A stretch of 64,000 bases of DNA from the human T2T-CHM13v2.0 reference genome, Homo sapiens. Numbering within the stretch: position 1 is the stretch's first letter; every line of letters starts with the position of its first letter. The position numbers were made by a program, and so were the translations under genes. Location: NCBI RefSeq assembly GCF_009914755.1, contig NC_060931.1; one strand, given 5' to 3'. The notes beneath the pieces are model-generated. The model had not been told where the DNA came from and searched no databases. It was given only the letters and a program-made list of their open reading frames with translations. Positions 1-24,940 of this stretch are shown one piece after another.

Positions 1-2867
1 TATGCTGATTAGATCCATTGAGCAAACACACTGGACTTATTGGTAAGACATTTGCATGCCAGAGGATGGGAAATAAATCTGACTAAAATTCAGGGACCTT
101 CTACTTCAGTAAAATTTCCAGGAGTTTAATGGTTTGGGGCCTCTGGAGATAGGCCTTCTAAGGTGAACGATAAGTTGCTTCATTTGGCCCCTCTTACAAC
201 CAAGAAAGAGACACAATGCCTAGTGGGCCTATTTGGATTTTGGAGGCAACACATTCCTCATTTGGGTGTGTTACTCCAGCTCATTTATTGAGTAATCCGA
301 AAAGCTGCCAGGTTTGAGTGGAGTCCAAAAGAAGGCTCTGCAGCAGGTTCAGGCTGCTGTGCAAGCTGCTCTGCCATTTGGGCCATATGACCCAGCAGAT
401 CCAATGGTGCTTGAGGTGTCAGTGGCAGATAGGGATGCTATTTGGAGCCTTTGGAACGCCGCCATTGGTGAATCACAGCGGAGGCCTCTAGGATTTTGGA
501 GCAAGGCTCTCCTGTCTTCTGCAGATAACTACTCTCCTTTTGAGAGGCAGCTCTTGGCCTCTTACTGGGCTTTGGTGGAAACTGAACGTTTGACGGTGGG
601 TCATCAAGTCACCCTGCGACCTGAACTGCCTATCATGAATTGGGTGCTTTCTGACCCATCTAGCCATAAAGTTAGTGGTGCACAGCAGCGTTCCATCATC
701 AAATTGAAGTGGTATATACATGATTGGGTTCGAGCAGGTCCTGAAGGCACAAGTAAGTTACATGAGGAAGTGGCTCAAATGCCTATGGTCTTCCTTCCTG
801 CCACCCTGCCTTGTCTCCCCTAGCCTGCACCGATGGCCTCATGGAGAGCTCCCTATGATCAGTTGAAAGAGAAAAAGAAGACTAGGACTTGGTTCACAGA
901 TGGTTCTGCATGATATGCAGGCACCACCGGAAAGCAGACAGCTGCAGCACTACAGTCCCTTTCTAGGACATCCCTGAAGGACAACAGTGAAGGAAAATCT
1001 TCCCAGTGGGCATTACTTTGAGCAGTGCACCTGGTTGTGCACACTGCATGGAAGGAGGATGGCCGGATGTGCGATTACGTACTAATTCATAGGCTGCAGT
1101 CAAGGGTTTGGCTGGATGGTCAGGGACTTGGAAGAAGGATGATTGGAAAATTGGTGACAAAGAAATTTGGGGAAGAGGTATGTGGATGGACGTCTCTGAG
1201 TGGTCAAAAACTGTGGAGTTATTTGTATCCCATGTGAGTGCTCACCAAAGGGTGACTTCAGCAGAGGAGGATTTTAATAATCAAGTGGATAGGATGACTC
1301 ATTCTGTGGACACCACCCAGCCTCTTTCCCCAGCCACCTCTGTCATCACCCAATGGGCCCATGAACAAAGTGGCCACGGTGGTAGGGATGGAGGTCATGC
1401 ATGGGCTCAGCAACATGGACTTCCACTCACGAAGGCTGACCTGGCTACGGCCACTGGTGAGTGCCCAATTTGCCAGTAGCAGAGACCAATACTGAATCCT
1501 CAATATGGCACCATTCCTAGGGGGGATCAGCCAGTTACCTGGTGGCACGTTGATTATATTGGACCTCTTCCATCATGGAAAGGGCAGAGGTTTGTCTTCA
1601 CTGGAATAGAAACTTACTCTGCATATGGATTTGCCTATCCTGCATGCAATGCTTCTGCCAAGACTACCATCCGTGGACTCACATCCTTATCCATCATCAT
1701 GGTATTCCACACAGCATTGCCTCTGATCAAGACACTCACTTTACGGCTAAGGAAGTGAAGCAGTGGGCTCATGCTCATGGAATTCCCTGGTCTTACCATG
1801 TTCCCCGTAATCCTGAAGCAGCTGGATTGATAGAACGGTGGAATAGCCTTTTGAAGTCACAATTACAATGCCAACTAGGTGACAATACTTTTCAAGTCTG
1901 GGGCAAAGTTCCCCAGAAGGCCATGTATGCTCTGAATCAGCATCCAATACATGGTACTATTTCTCCCACAGCCAGGATTCACAGGTCCAGGAATCAAGGG
2001 GTGAAAGTGGAAGTGGCACCACTCACCATCACCCCTAGTGATCCACTAGCAAAGTTTTTGCTTCTTATTTCTGCGACATCTACTAGTCTAGAGGTCACAG
2101 TTCCAGAGGGAGAAATGCTGCCACCAAGAGACACAACAAAGATTGTCACGTGGACACTTTGGGCTCCTCCTATCTTTAAGTCAACAGGCTAAAAAGGGAG
2201 CTACAGTGTTGGCCGGAGTGATTGACCTGAGCTATCAAGATGAAGTCAGTCTACTGCTCCACAATGGAGGTAAGGAAGGGTATGCACAGAATACGGGAGA
2301 TCCACTAGGGCATCTCTTTGTATTACCATGCCCTGTGATAAAGGTCAATGGGAAACTATACAACAGCCCAATCCAGGCAGAACTACAAATGGCCCAGACC
2401 CTTCAGGAATGAAAGTTTGGTCACTCCACCAGGAAAAAAACACAACCTGCTGAGTTGCTTGCTGAAGGCAAAGGGAATACAGAATGGGTAGTAAAGAAGG
2501 TAGTCATTAATACCAGCTATGACTATGTGACCTGTTGCAGAAAGGAAAACTGTAATTGTCATGAGTATTTCCTTCTTCCTTTGTTAAAAACATGGTTGTG
2601 CATGTATACACTTGTACTTGGAAAATATCTTCATTTTATTTCCTTTTTCCTTTATCATGTGACATAAGATTTATTGACTTCATATCAGTATTTAAGTATT
2701 GTTAACTTTATGTAATAGCATTTGGGTTGAGGATTGGTGCATTTCTGGTTGTAAGAAGGACAGTTGTATTATGTTAGTCATAATTATGACTTTATTATTG
2801 TCTTTATCTTAAGATTATGTACAATCTCAGGAGATGTGTATGGGTTCCAGTTGACAAGGGGTGGACT
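1..2867 (+). mobile_element. HERV-L (ERVL) internal region, 3' part: RT end/RNase H, integrase, dUTPase; no env; disabled by stops and frameshifts
   Basis: ORF 314-823 RT-RNaseH linker (RPLGFWSK...NYSPFERQLLA); FTDGSA at ~893; integrase HHCC (HEQSGH...CPIC), WHVDYIGPLP, IASDQDTHF, GLIERWN; dUTPase GHFGLLL...VLAGVID (2143-2350); PPT-like aaggggtggact directly before the LTR. Confidence 0.95.
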
Positions 2868-3327
2868 TGTGATGGTTAATATTGTGTCAACTTGATTGGA
2901 TTGAAGGATGCAAAGTATTGATCCTGGGTGTGTCTGTGAGTATGTGGCTGAAGGAGATTAACATTTGAGTCAGTGGGCTGGGAAAGGCAGACCCACCGTT
3001 AATCTGGGTGGGCACCATCTAATCAGCTGCCACTGCAGGCAGAATATAAAGCAGGCAGAAAAACATGAAAAGACTAGACTGGTTTAGCCTCTGAGACTAC
3101 ACCTTTCTCCCATGCTGAATGCTTCCTGCCCTCAAACACTGAACTCCATGTTCTTCAGCTTTGGGACTCAGACTGGCTTCCTTGCTCTTCAGCTTGCAGA
3201 TGGCCTATTGTGGGACCTTGTGATCATGTGAGTTAATACTACTTAATAAACTCCCCTTCATATATATATACACACATATATATATATTCTATTAGTTCTG
3301 TCCCTCTAGACAACCCTGATTAATACA
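2868..3327 (+). mobile_element. MLT2A-type 3' LTR of the HERV-L
   Basis: Starts tgtgatggttaatattg...tcaacttgattggattgaaggatgc, contains aataaa, ends ccctgattaataca (TG...CA). Confidence 0.92.
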
Positions 3328-3334
3328 GACCCTC

Positions 3335-5437
<2,103 letters not shown>

Positions 5438-5517
5438 AAATGACCATGTTTAACATGACTCAAAAGTCATCAAAAACTCTTTCATTATGCTTCCTCCTGC
5501 TTGAGTTTGCAAGATTA
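5438..5517 (+). pseudogene. SAMD9-like unit 1, AlbA_2 fragment
   Basis: DHV*HDSKVIKNS vs SAMD9 DPIHEFKAFTNT, in the expected order between two LTRs. Confidence 0.5.
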
Positions 5518-6571
<1,054 letters not shown>

Positions 6572-7009
6572 ATTCACTTCAGTTTGTTCTGTTGGTTGGT
6601 TTGTTTAAGTATGAAAAACATTGCTTTGTTTTTTCGTTTCAGAATCTTTGAGTCCACGTGGAGGAAGGAAGGAGAAGAGGAGAAGACTGTTTTCCAGGAT
6701 GGAAAGGGAGCCTCGCTTTCTCTTTAGGTGGATTACAGAAATTGGTTGAATTCTCCCTGCCCTGGAGAAAAGTCAATTTATTTTTTATGTTAAAGATTTA
6801 GGCTCTTCCTGAGGGCTACTATGAAAGAAAAGTAGGGAAGCGAGCTTTTATTTTGAGAACAAAGAGTGAGCCAAGAGTGTAAAGTTGATAAGAGGGTAGA
6901 AGGGAGTAGATGAAGGGGGAGGGGAAAAGAAATGGCCAAAGGGGAAATGGCCAAGAGAAAGAACACTACAGGACCTTGAAATGAGTGAAGAAAATGTGTT
7001 ATACCTTTT

Positions 7010-7210
7010 CATCCCTACAGTGTCTACATACTAATCCCCAGAAACTCTGAGTGTCACCTTATAGTGCAAAGGGATGTTGCAGATGCCATTGAGTTAAAGA
7101 TCTTGAGTTAGGAAGATTATCCTGAATTATTGGTGTGGGCCAAATGGAATCACAACTTTCCTTATAGGAGGGAGGCAGAACTTTGATGTAAACAGAAAAG
7201 AAGAATGCTT
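7010..7210 (+). mobile_element. MLT1D-like MaLR LTR fragment
   Basis: ctaatccccagaaactctgagtgtcaccttatagtgcaaagggatgttgcagatg...gatcttgagttaggaagattatcctg. Confidence 0.7.
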
Positions 7211-7312
7211 TACCTTACCAATTTTCTACATGGTAGCCTGTAACTTGACAACATTATAAAACAACTGGCTCTAAATCAACTTGAGTTATATTTTCAGAGC
7301 TTGAGGACCCTT

Positions 7313-7670
7313 TGAAACTGCCCTTCCAAAATTACAGCAGTGAGAGAAATCGGACATGGCTGACTCCATCTTGCTTCTAGCCTCACAGGCTGGCTGTCTT
7401 TGCTCATTCCTGGGCGTGGGTCAAGCTAACTTCCAGAGAAATTTAGTTTACAGTTTAAATAACATTAGCCCTTACCAAAAACTAAACTGTTCTTGTAAAA
7501 CTAATGAAAGGCTACCAAGTTAATGAGAGGGGCTTGAATTCTAAATAATTACCAGCCATTATTCCGGAGGTCATAAGATTTGCAACTTCCCCAATTACTC
7601 TTGCAGATAACATCACTATTGTAGAACCTAAGACTGGCCTTTTGAGGTGTCTTTTCAGGTTTTTGCATTT
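7313..7670 (+). mobile_element. LTR26-like ERV1 LTR, 3'-truncated at an Alu
   Basis: tgaaactgccc...gacatggctgactccatcttgcttctagcctcacaggctggctgtc. Confidence 0.75.
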
Positions 7671-7703
7671 CTTTTTTTCTTTTATTTATTTATTTATTTT
7701 TGA

Positions 7704-7910
<207 letters not shown>

Positions 7911-8199
7911 TGACCCCAGGTGATCCACCCACCTCAGCCTCCCAAAGTGCTGGGATTACAGGCGTGAGCCACCACACCCTGCCATAAGCCACATGTTGAT
8001 TGCACCACTGCAGTCCAAGTCCAGCCTGGGCAATAGAGTCAGACCCCTGGCTCTTAAAAAAAAAATTTTTTTTTTTTTTTTAGTAAAAAAATAGAAAACC
8101 ACGTGTTAACAAACTATTTTCTTTTAAACAGTTAGCCTCTTAAAAGATTTCAGCAGAGGCTTGTATAGTGGGGGTGCTTGGTAAGAAAGAATACCTTTT

Positions 8200-8500
8200 T
8201 TTCTGGCTAGAGAATGGTATTTTAAAGTTTAGATTTTACTAAGTGAGAAGGAAAGCCACTGGGGAGGTTGACCAGGGCAGTGAGGTGATCTGGGTATGTT
8301 TTAAAAGGACCTCCCTGGCTTTGTGTGAAGATGAGACTCTGGGAGCAAGAGGGCAAGCTGCCAGATCTGTTCCTGTAGTCCTAGCAGGAAGATGGTAGCA
8401 CATCGAGGGTGGGAGTGGAGAAGAGATGCAAAGCTATTGGATCTTCATCTACTTCAACTTCATTTACTTCAACGGTGAAGACAAATAGATTTGCTGATGT
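8200..8500 (+). mobile_element. L2 fragment
   Basis: aagccactggggagg...gtgatctgggtatgttttaaaaggacctccctggct...gatttgctgatg resembles the L2 3' region. Confidence 0.65.
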
Positions 8501-8509
8501 ATTTGCTGT

Positions 8510-8853
8510 AATTATGCAAATGCAAGGCAAATGTCTTCATTTTGTTCTTTCGATGGAGAGGTTAAATAATGAAGGCTGTTTCCTTGGAGTCTGTGTGTCT
8601 CTAAGGCTTGGAGAAAAAGAGTACCAAGATACCAATGGAAGTATAACCAGCAGGCCTGGCACAAGCTGAGGGCTAAGAAATTGTCCAGCCGCAGGTTATA
8701 ATCTACATTAGGCTTAGACAATTAACTTCTTAATTTCCTACTTTGCTGCCAACTTGTGGTTGCTGAATAGTCCTTTCTTTCATTAGCTGGTTCTCAATTC
8801 TCATAGGACTTTCTCATCCTCACTCTCCATACTGCCTATCCAGGCAATAATCA
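8510..8853 (+). pseudogene. SAMD9-like unit 1, AlbA_2 core
   Basis: GKCLHFVLSMERLNNEGCFLGVCV vs [31 protein letters not shown] (~8669) vs QAKKCIREPRF. Confidence 0.6.
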
Positions 8854-9388
8854 TGTAACAGACAGGTCTCAGTATTCACACCCTTGCGTAATTGTAATCC
8901 TCTCCCACATAAACTATGGCTGACCTATAAAAGGATATTGTCTATACAAAGAGAGACCTATATAAGGATAACGATAGAGTGACCTATATGAGGAATGTGT
9001 CTTTCAAGACTAAGTCATAAAAGATATTTTGGCTTCCAACTTGCTGTTTCCTGGATCACTTGCTCTGGCCATACCAGAAGACACACCTGGGATATACTCA
9101 GGCAGCCTTATGATGAGTTCCATGTGCATGTGATAAAGAGCTGAAGCCTCCTGCAAGTAGCCAGCATCAGCTCACCAAGCACATGAGTGAGCCTCCTTGG
9201 AGGCAGATTCTCCAGCCCCAGTCAAGCCTTCAGATGACTGTATCCCAGCCAAATCTAGACTGTCATGTCACAAGAGATCCTGAGCCTGTAGCACCCACCT
9301 AAGCCACTCTCAAATTTCTGATTCACAAAAACTGTGTGAGATAACAAATCTTTATTGTTGCAAGTTGCAGCAACAGATAATCAATACA
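8854..9388 (+). mobile_element. MLT1E/F-like MaLR LTR
   Basis: tgtaacagac...ctccagccccagtcaagccttcagatgactg...gcaacagataatcaataca. Confidence 0.8.
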
Positions 9389-10715
<1,327 letters not shown>

Positions 10716-11069
10716 TTTTTTTGTGTGTTTGTTTGGTTGGTTGGTTTTTGTTTTTTTGTTTTTTGGCTTTTTTGAGACAGAGTCTCACTCTGTCACCCAG
10801 GCTGGAGTGCAGTGGCGTGATCCTGGCTCACTGCAACCTCTGCTTCCCAAGTTCAAGCCGTTTTTGTGCCTCAGCCTCCTAAGTAGCTGGGATTACAGGC
10901 ATGCGCTACCACACCTGGCTAATTTTTGTATTTTAAGTAGAGACAGAGTTTCACCATGTTGGTCAGGCTGCTCTCGAACTCTTGGTCTTGAATTCCTGAC
11001 CTCAGGTGAACCGCCCACCTTGGCCTCCCAAAGTGCTGGGATTATAGGCATGAGCTGCTGCGCCCAGCC

Positions 11070-14570
<3,501 letters not shown>

Positions 14571-16984
14571 TGTGTTTCTGCCTCCAGAACAAGATGGTAT
14601 AAACTCACTTTTCCCTGCTATTCTTTGCTAAATACAACTTAAATACCTGGAAATTATTCAACAGACAATGACGAAAAGAACGTTGAAAGCTAAAAAGAAG
14701 GTAGATTGGTTCCATCTGCTGGGTGTGGTGGCTCATGCCTGTAATCCCAAGATTTTGAGAGGCCGAGGCTCGAGGATCACTTAAATCCAGGAATTCAAGA
14801 CCAGCGTGGGCACCATAGCAAAACCCTCTCTCTACACAAAAAAAAAAAAAAAAAATAGCTGGGCATGCACGCCTGGCCTGTGGTCCCAGCTACTCAGGAG
14901 GCTAAGATGAGAGGATCGCTTGAGCCCAGGAGGTCTAAGCTACAGTGAGCTGTAATTGTGCCACTGCATTCCAGCCTGGGCAATAGAGCAAGACCCTGTC
15001 TCAAAAAAACAAAAAAAAAAAACAACAAAAAAAGGAAAGTAGATTGGCTGGGTACCTCAGGACATGCGGAATGACAACATAGTAAATTCACCAGGCTAGG
15101 TTTTATTTTTTCTTAATCCCCCATGCACCCAGGACTAGACACCAAAGAAACCTACAACCCACCCTTAACATGCATTGACCAGAGAGGTCCGAGTAAAGCA
15201 TGCTCTCTCTGGCCAAAGACCAGGAAAGGGGAAACCCAGCAGAGACCTAGTGGAGAGTCCCAGCCCCTATTCCACCTACGAGGGTATTGATGGGTGGCCC
15301 GATGAGTCTGCACCAACAGCAACAAAGCCCCCAGTCATGCCAGCCCCAACTCTACCACCAGACACCCGCAGGTAGTCCAATCCATCTTCAACAGTGGCAG
15401 CAAAGCCCCAACTGTCCCAACCCCTTACCCACAAATGGAGCACCACCAAGTCCAATTAGCCAGCAACAACAGCAACACCGAAGCTCTGGGCCATCTTAGT
15501 CCCCAGTCCAGCTGGGTGCAGGTAGGCAGACAGCATGCCCAGAGCAGCAGCAGAGAAGCCCAGGCACACTGACTCTATACCTGCTTCATACCTGTGACGC
15601 AACAGGCAGGCCAATCCACCTACAGGGGCAGCATCAGCAGAGCACTGCTTCCCCATGCCCTCCATCCAGTGGCGTGAAGAAACCTCAGCCCCGTGGCTCT
15701 GACTCTGCTCTGTATTCTTCCTCTCCCTCCAGACTCCTGGGCAGAATAGTGGCCCAGCAATACCGAACCATCTAGGGAAGGACATGATTTCACCTCCACA
15801 AATGGCACCAGCAGGGGTTAAGTGGGAGTCCCAGAAGTACTAGAAAGATGAAGCAGATCAGAATAGTATTGCAAGGGCTCTGAAAATTAAACTGACACTA
15901 AAAATAAAACCCATGGCAGGATGTGGTGGCTTTATGCCTGTAATCCCAGCAATTTGGGAGGCTGAGGAGGGAGGATTGCTTGAGCCCAGGAGTTTGAGGC
16001 TACACCACCACTGCACTCCAGCCTGGGTGACAGAGCAAGGCCTCCTGTCTAAAAATAAACAACAGCAGCAACAACAACAAAAAACCTAAACCCCACAAAA
16101 CTAGGCCAGAACCTATAGGCAAAACCTTAACAGAGCAACTGCCTGTCAAAACAGAAGACTTAAATAGGACCCAGAGTCCCCTAATATACAGCTGAAATAT
16201 CCAGAATACAACCACCAACTTTTTAGACCAAAGACCAGAAAACATACAGTTTAAATGTGGAAGGGAAATCAAGTGACATCATTCTACTTTGAGTTAATGC
16301 AACTGGATGAAGCAGCTGTTAGCATTATCCAACAAAGATTTTCAAGCAAGAATCATACAAATACTTCAACAATTAATTATAAATTATCTTGAAATATATG
16401 AAAAATAGAAAAACTCAGCAAAGAAATAGAAGTTATAAAAAAAGCAAATGTAAATTATAAAACTAAAAATACAATAATTGAAAAAACTCTTTAGATAGTT
16501 TCAACAGGAGAGATGACTGAGGAAAGAATCGGTGAGTGTGAAGATACATTAATACAATTTACTCAATCTGAACAACAAACAGAGCATAGATTGGGGAAAA
16601 AGTGAACAGCTTCAGGGAATTATGGGGGGAAAATCTAATATTTGTATCATCATAATCTCAAAAGGAGAGAAGAATAAAAATGGGGCTGGAATAAAAGAAG
16701 TAAAGACTGAACAACCATATTTTAAAAGTAGGGAGGATAAAGGCACACAAGTGGAAAAATATTTTTACATTTCTCTGCAAGTGGTAGAGCATTAACACCA
16801 GTAGGCTGAAACAAGTTTTATCCACATATGGTAACACCTAGAGAAGCCACTAAAAAATCTATACATACGCAGGGAACGGTGGCTCATGCCCGTAATCTCA
16901 GCACTTTGGGAGGCCGAGGTGGGCTGATCACGAGGTCAAGATTGAGACCATCCTGGCCAACATGGTGAAACCCCGTCTCTACTA

Positions 16985-17479
<495 letters not shown>

Positions 17480-17873
17480 CTACAAAAAAAAAAATTATAA
17501 AGAAGTCAGAATGGGGCACTAAAAACTGTTGAAGTAACCCTCAGGAAGGAAAGAAAAGAGAAAAAGGAATAGGAAACTGAAGGAAAAACAGAAAACAAAT
17601 TTTTAAATAGCAGACATACCTGAACTAATTTATAAGAATTAAAGTTATACAGAGTATGTCCTCTGACCATGAAGGAATCAAACTAGAACTAATAACCAAA
17701 AGAAAAAAACCAGAAAATTATTTTAACACTTGGAAATTGAACAACACACTTTTTTTTTTCTTTTCTTTTTTTGAGACAGGGTCTCACCCTCTCCCAGGAC
17801 AGAGTACAGTGGTATGATCTCAGCTCACTGCAACCTCAACTTTCTGGGCTCAACCAATCCTCCCACCTCCTGA

Positions 17874-18412
<539 letters not shown>

Positions 18413-19137
18413 TAACTCCATGAGTAAAAGAGAAAGTCTCAAAGAATATATAAAAAAAAATACATAGACTGAATGAAAATAAAAATACAACATGTCAAAA
18501 CTCATGAGATGCTTGGCTGGGCACAGTGCCTTATGCCTATAATCCCAGCACTTTGAGAGGATGAGGCAGGAGGACTGCTTGAGCCTGGGATTTCGAGACC
18601 AGCCTGGGCAATATAGTGGGACCTCATCTCTACAAAAAAAAAACTTACAAAATTAAGCCAAGCATGGTGGGGCATGCCAGTGGAAGGTTCACTTGAGCCA
18701 AGGAGGCAGAGGTTGCAGTAAGCTGAGATTGCACCACAGCACTGCAGCCTGAGAGACAGAGTGAAACTATCTCAAAAAAAATTTTTTTTGAAAAAATAAT
18801 GGCTGAAAATTTAATAATTTTTATTTAAAAATTAAATAAATAATTACAAAAAAAATTGTGAGATGCAGCTAAAGCAGTTCTGAGAAGGAAATTTATAGCA
18901 CTGACATGCTCATATCAGAAAAGAGATTTCAGATCAGTAATCTAAGTTCCTACCTTGAGAAAAATAATACCAAAATAAGCCCAAAGCAAGCAGAAGGAAA
19001 GAAATATAGACATAAGTAGAAATTAATCAATGAAATTAAAAACAGGAAAACGATATAGAAATTTAATGAAAAAACCCAGGTCTTTTATTTTTATTTTTAA
19101 ATTTTTTTTAGGGATAGGGTTTTGCCCTGTCACCTAA

Positions 19138-19254
<117 letters not shown>

Positions 19255-19291
19255 TGAAAAATGAATAAGATTGGCCAGGTGCAGTGGCTCA

Positions 19292-19590
<299 letters not shown>

Positions 19591-20081
19591 TTAAGACTGA
19601 CAAATATAAAATGAAGCAATCAGGAATGAAACATGCTATCACAACAGATTCTGCAGCCATTAAAAGAATAATAAGAGACACTGTGAAGAAAGTTATACTT
19701 GGCCAGGCTCAGCGGCTCAAGCCTGTAATCCTAGCACTTTGGGAGGCCGAGGTGGGCTGATCACTTGAGCCCAGGAGTTTGAGACCAGCCTGATCAACAT
19801 GGCGAGATCTCATCTCTACAAAAATACAAAAATTAGCCAGGCATGGTGGCATGCACCTGTAGTCTCAGCTACTTGGGAGGTTTAGGTAGGAGGATCGCAT
19901 GAGCCCAGGAAGCAGAGGTTGCAGTGAGCCGAGATTGTGCCGCTGCACTCCAGCCTATGTGAAAGAATAAAACCCTGTCTCAATAAAAAAAGAAAAAAGA
20001 AAAAGAAAGTTATGCTTATAAATCTGAAAATCTAGAAAACACCAGACCCAACTTTGAAAAACATGAACTGCCAAAGCTTAG

Positions 20082-20471
20082 TCTATTAGTTCATCCTTGC
20101 ACTGCTATAAAGAAATACATGAGCTTGGGTACTTTATAAAGAAAAGAGGTTTAATTGGCTCACAGCTCTGCAGGCTGTACAGGAAACATAGTTGCTTCTG
20201 CTTCTGGGGAGTCCTCAGGAAGCTTCTGATCATGATGGAAGGCAAAGGGGGAGTGAGGCACTTCCCATGACTGGAGCAGGAGGAACAGTGGGGAGGTGCT
20301 ACACATTTTTAAACAACCAGATCTCATGAGAACTCGTTCAACATCATGAGAACAGCACCAAGGGTATAATATTAAGCCATTCTTGAGAAACCTCCACCAG
20401 GTCCCATTTCAACACTGGTGATTACAATTCAACACGAGATTTGGGCAGGGACACAGATCCAAATCACATCA
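20082..20471 (-). mobile_element. MST (MaLR) solo LTR
   Basis: tctattagttcatccttgcactgctataaagaaatac...cacagatccaaatcacatca; TSD cttag. Confidence 0.9.
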
Positions 20472-20509
20472 CTTAGCTATCTGAAACAGATAACCTTAGT
20501 AGTCCTACA

Positions 20510-22107
<1,598 letters not shown>

Positions 22108-23240
22108 AGATAACCTTAGTAGTCCCACAGCTCTTACAGAAATTGAATTTATAATTTAAAAGCTCTCAGAAAAGAAATCTCAATGCCCAGACAGTTTCAC
22201 TGGAGAACTTTGCCAAACATTCAAAAAAGAAGCAATATCAATTTTGCAGAAACTGTTCCAAAAAACAGAAGAGATAGAAACATTTCTCAAGTGTTTTATG
22301 GGCCTGTATTATCCTGATAACACCAGACAAAGACATCACAAAAAAAGAAAACTAAAGACCTACATCACTCATTAGCATAGGTGAAAAAATTCTCAACATT
22401 AGCAAAGGAAGTACCACAGTGTATAAAAAGAATAATACACTACAAGCAAGGAGGATTTGTCCTAGGTCTGCATGGCTTATTCAATACTTGAAAATTAATG
22501 TAATCTATTATATCAACAGGCTAAAAAAGAAAAATTATATTATATCATATCAATTGATGTGGAAAATCTCACAAAATTCAATACCCATTCACGATAAAAA
22601 CTCCTAAGACAGTAGAACTAGAGGAAAATTTTCTCAACATTATAAGGAGCCTTTACAGAATACCTACAGTTAACATAATTAATTGAGAAAGACTGGGGGT
22701 TTTTTTCCCTAAGATTGGGAAGAAGACAAAGAGGTCCACTCTCATCACTCTTATTCAACAGTATCGGAGTTTTTTTTTTCATAACAATAGGGAAGAAAAA
22801 GAAATAAGAAGCATACAGATTGGGAAGGAAAAAATAAAGCTGTCTCTATTTGCAGATAATATTATTGCCTATGTAGAAAATACTGAGGAGCCTACAAACA
22901 AGAAAAGCCTCCTAGAGCTGATAAATGAGTTCAGTAAGCTTGCAAGATACAAAATTGACACATAAAAATCAATTGCATTTCTTTATTTAAAAAAAAAAAT
23001 TGTTGAGATGGGGCCTCATTATGTTGACGAGACCAATCTCAAACTTCTGGCCTCAAGCAATCTTCCTGCCTTGAACCCGGTAGGCAGAGATTGCAGTGAG
23101 CCAAGATTGTGCCACTGCACTCCAGCCTGGGCAACAGAGCGAGACTCCATCTCAAAAAAAAAAAAAAAAAAAAAAAACAGAAAAGAAAAGAAAAAAGAAA
23201 CAAGGAGAAACTGAAATAAAAAACCAACTGTCATTTATTC

Positions 23241-23275
<35 letters not shown>

Positions 23276-24104
23276 TTTTTGAGATGGAGTCTTGCTCTGT
23301 CACCCAGGCTGGAGTGCAGTGGCACAATCTCGGCTCTCTGCAACTTCTGCCTCCTGGGTTCATGTTATTCTCTGTCTCAGCCTCCCGAGTAGCTGGGATT
23401 ATAGGCACCTGCCACTATGCCTGGCTAATTTTTGTATTTTTAGTAGAGACAGGGTTTCACCATCTTGGCCAGGCTGGTCTTGAACTCCTAACCTCGTGAT
23501 CCACCTGCCTCAGCCTCCCAAAGTGCTGGGATTACAGGTGTGAGCCACTGCACCCAGCAGTGTCATTTATTTATGATAAAAATTACAAACGCTGATTGAA
23601 AAAAATTAAAGAAGAATCAAATACTCAGAGACATATACTATGTTCATGAATACAAAGACTCATCATAGTAAAGTAAAGCAATTAACTCTCCCTAGATTGG
23701 TCTATAGGCTTGTCACAACTCCTATAAAAATTCTAGCAACCTTTTTTTGTAGATAAAGACAAGGTTATTATAAAATGTATATGGAAAAACAAGAATAGCT
23801 AAATTAATATTTTAAAAAGTAAGATGGCAGAATCACTCTGTCCAATTTAAGACTTAAATAGCTACAGTAGTCAAGACTATGTGGTATTAGCAGAAGGAGA
23901 GACACAGAATAGAGAATCCAGAAATAGCCCCAGACAAGTATAGTGCACTGCTTTTTGAAAAAGATGCAAAGGAAAGTCAATGGAGGAAATGCTCTTTTCA
24001 ACAAATCGTGTTGGAGCAACTGGGTATCCTAGTCAAAGAAAAAACAAAAAAGAAGTTTGACCTAAACCTCACACATTATACAAAAGTTTACTCAATATGG
24101 ATCA

Positions 24105-24197
<93 letters not shown>

Positions 24198-24311
24198 TCA
24201 CAAGGTCAAGAGATCGAGACCATCCTGGCCAACATGGTGAAACCCCATCTCTACTAAAAACACAAAAATTAGCTGGGTGTGTTGGCACATGCCTGTAGTC
24301 CCAGCTACTCA

Positions 24312-24413
<102 letters not shown>

Positions 24414-24558
24414 TCAAACAGACAAACCAACCAACAAACAAACAAAACTATAAACCTTTTATGAGAAAACATAGAAGAAAATCTTTGGGACCTAAGCAAA
24501 GAGATTTTAGAATAACACCAAAATCACAATCAATAAAAAATAAAAAGATAACTTGTAC

Positions 24559-24940
24559 TGTATTAGTCCATTCTCTCGTTGTATAAAGAACTACCTGAGA
24601 CTGGGTAATTTATAAAGAAAAGAGGTTTAATTGGCTCACAGTTCCATAGGCTGTACAGGTAGCATGGCTGAGAAGACCTCAAGAAACTTTCAATCTTGGT
24701 AGAAGTCAAAGGGGAAGCAGGCACATCTTACATGGTGGAAGCAGGAGAAAGAGAGAGAAGGGGGAGGTGCTACACACTTTTAGACAACCAGATCTCATGA
24801 GAACTCACTCACTATCACAAGAACAACAAGGGAGAACTCTGCCCCCATGATCCAACCACTTCCTACCAGGCCCTTCCTCCAAAACTGGGGATTATGATTC
24901 TACATGAGATGTGGGCAGGGACACAAATCCAAGCCTTTCA
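24559..24940 (-). mobile_element. MSTA-like solo LTR
   Basis: tgtattagtccattctc...acacaaatccaagcctttca; TSD tgtac/tggac. Confidence 0.88.

Noticed and set aside
6625-6740. Strong-looking splice acceptor (ttttttcgtttcag) before a purine-rich stretch; a similar one at ~31430-31447
   Set aside because: No convincing donor or coding partner. Could be lncRNA exons, but this cannot be supported from sequence alone.
15175-15808. Pro/Gln-rich overlapping ORFs
   Set aside because: They lie in the GC-richer 5' region of the old L1, with no recognisable homology.
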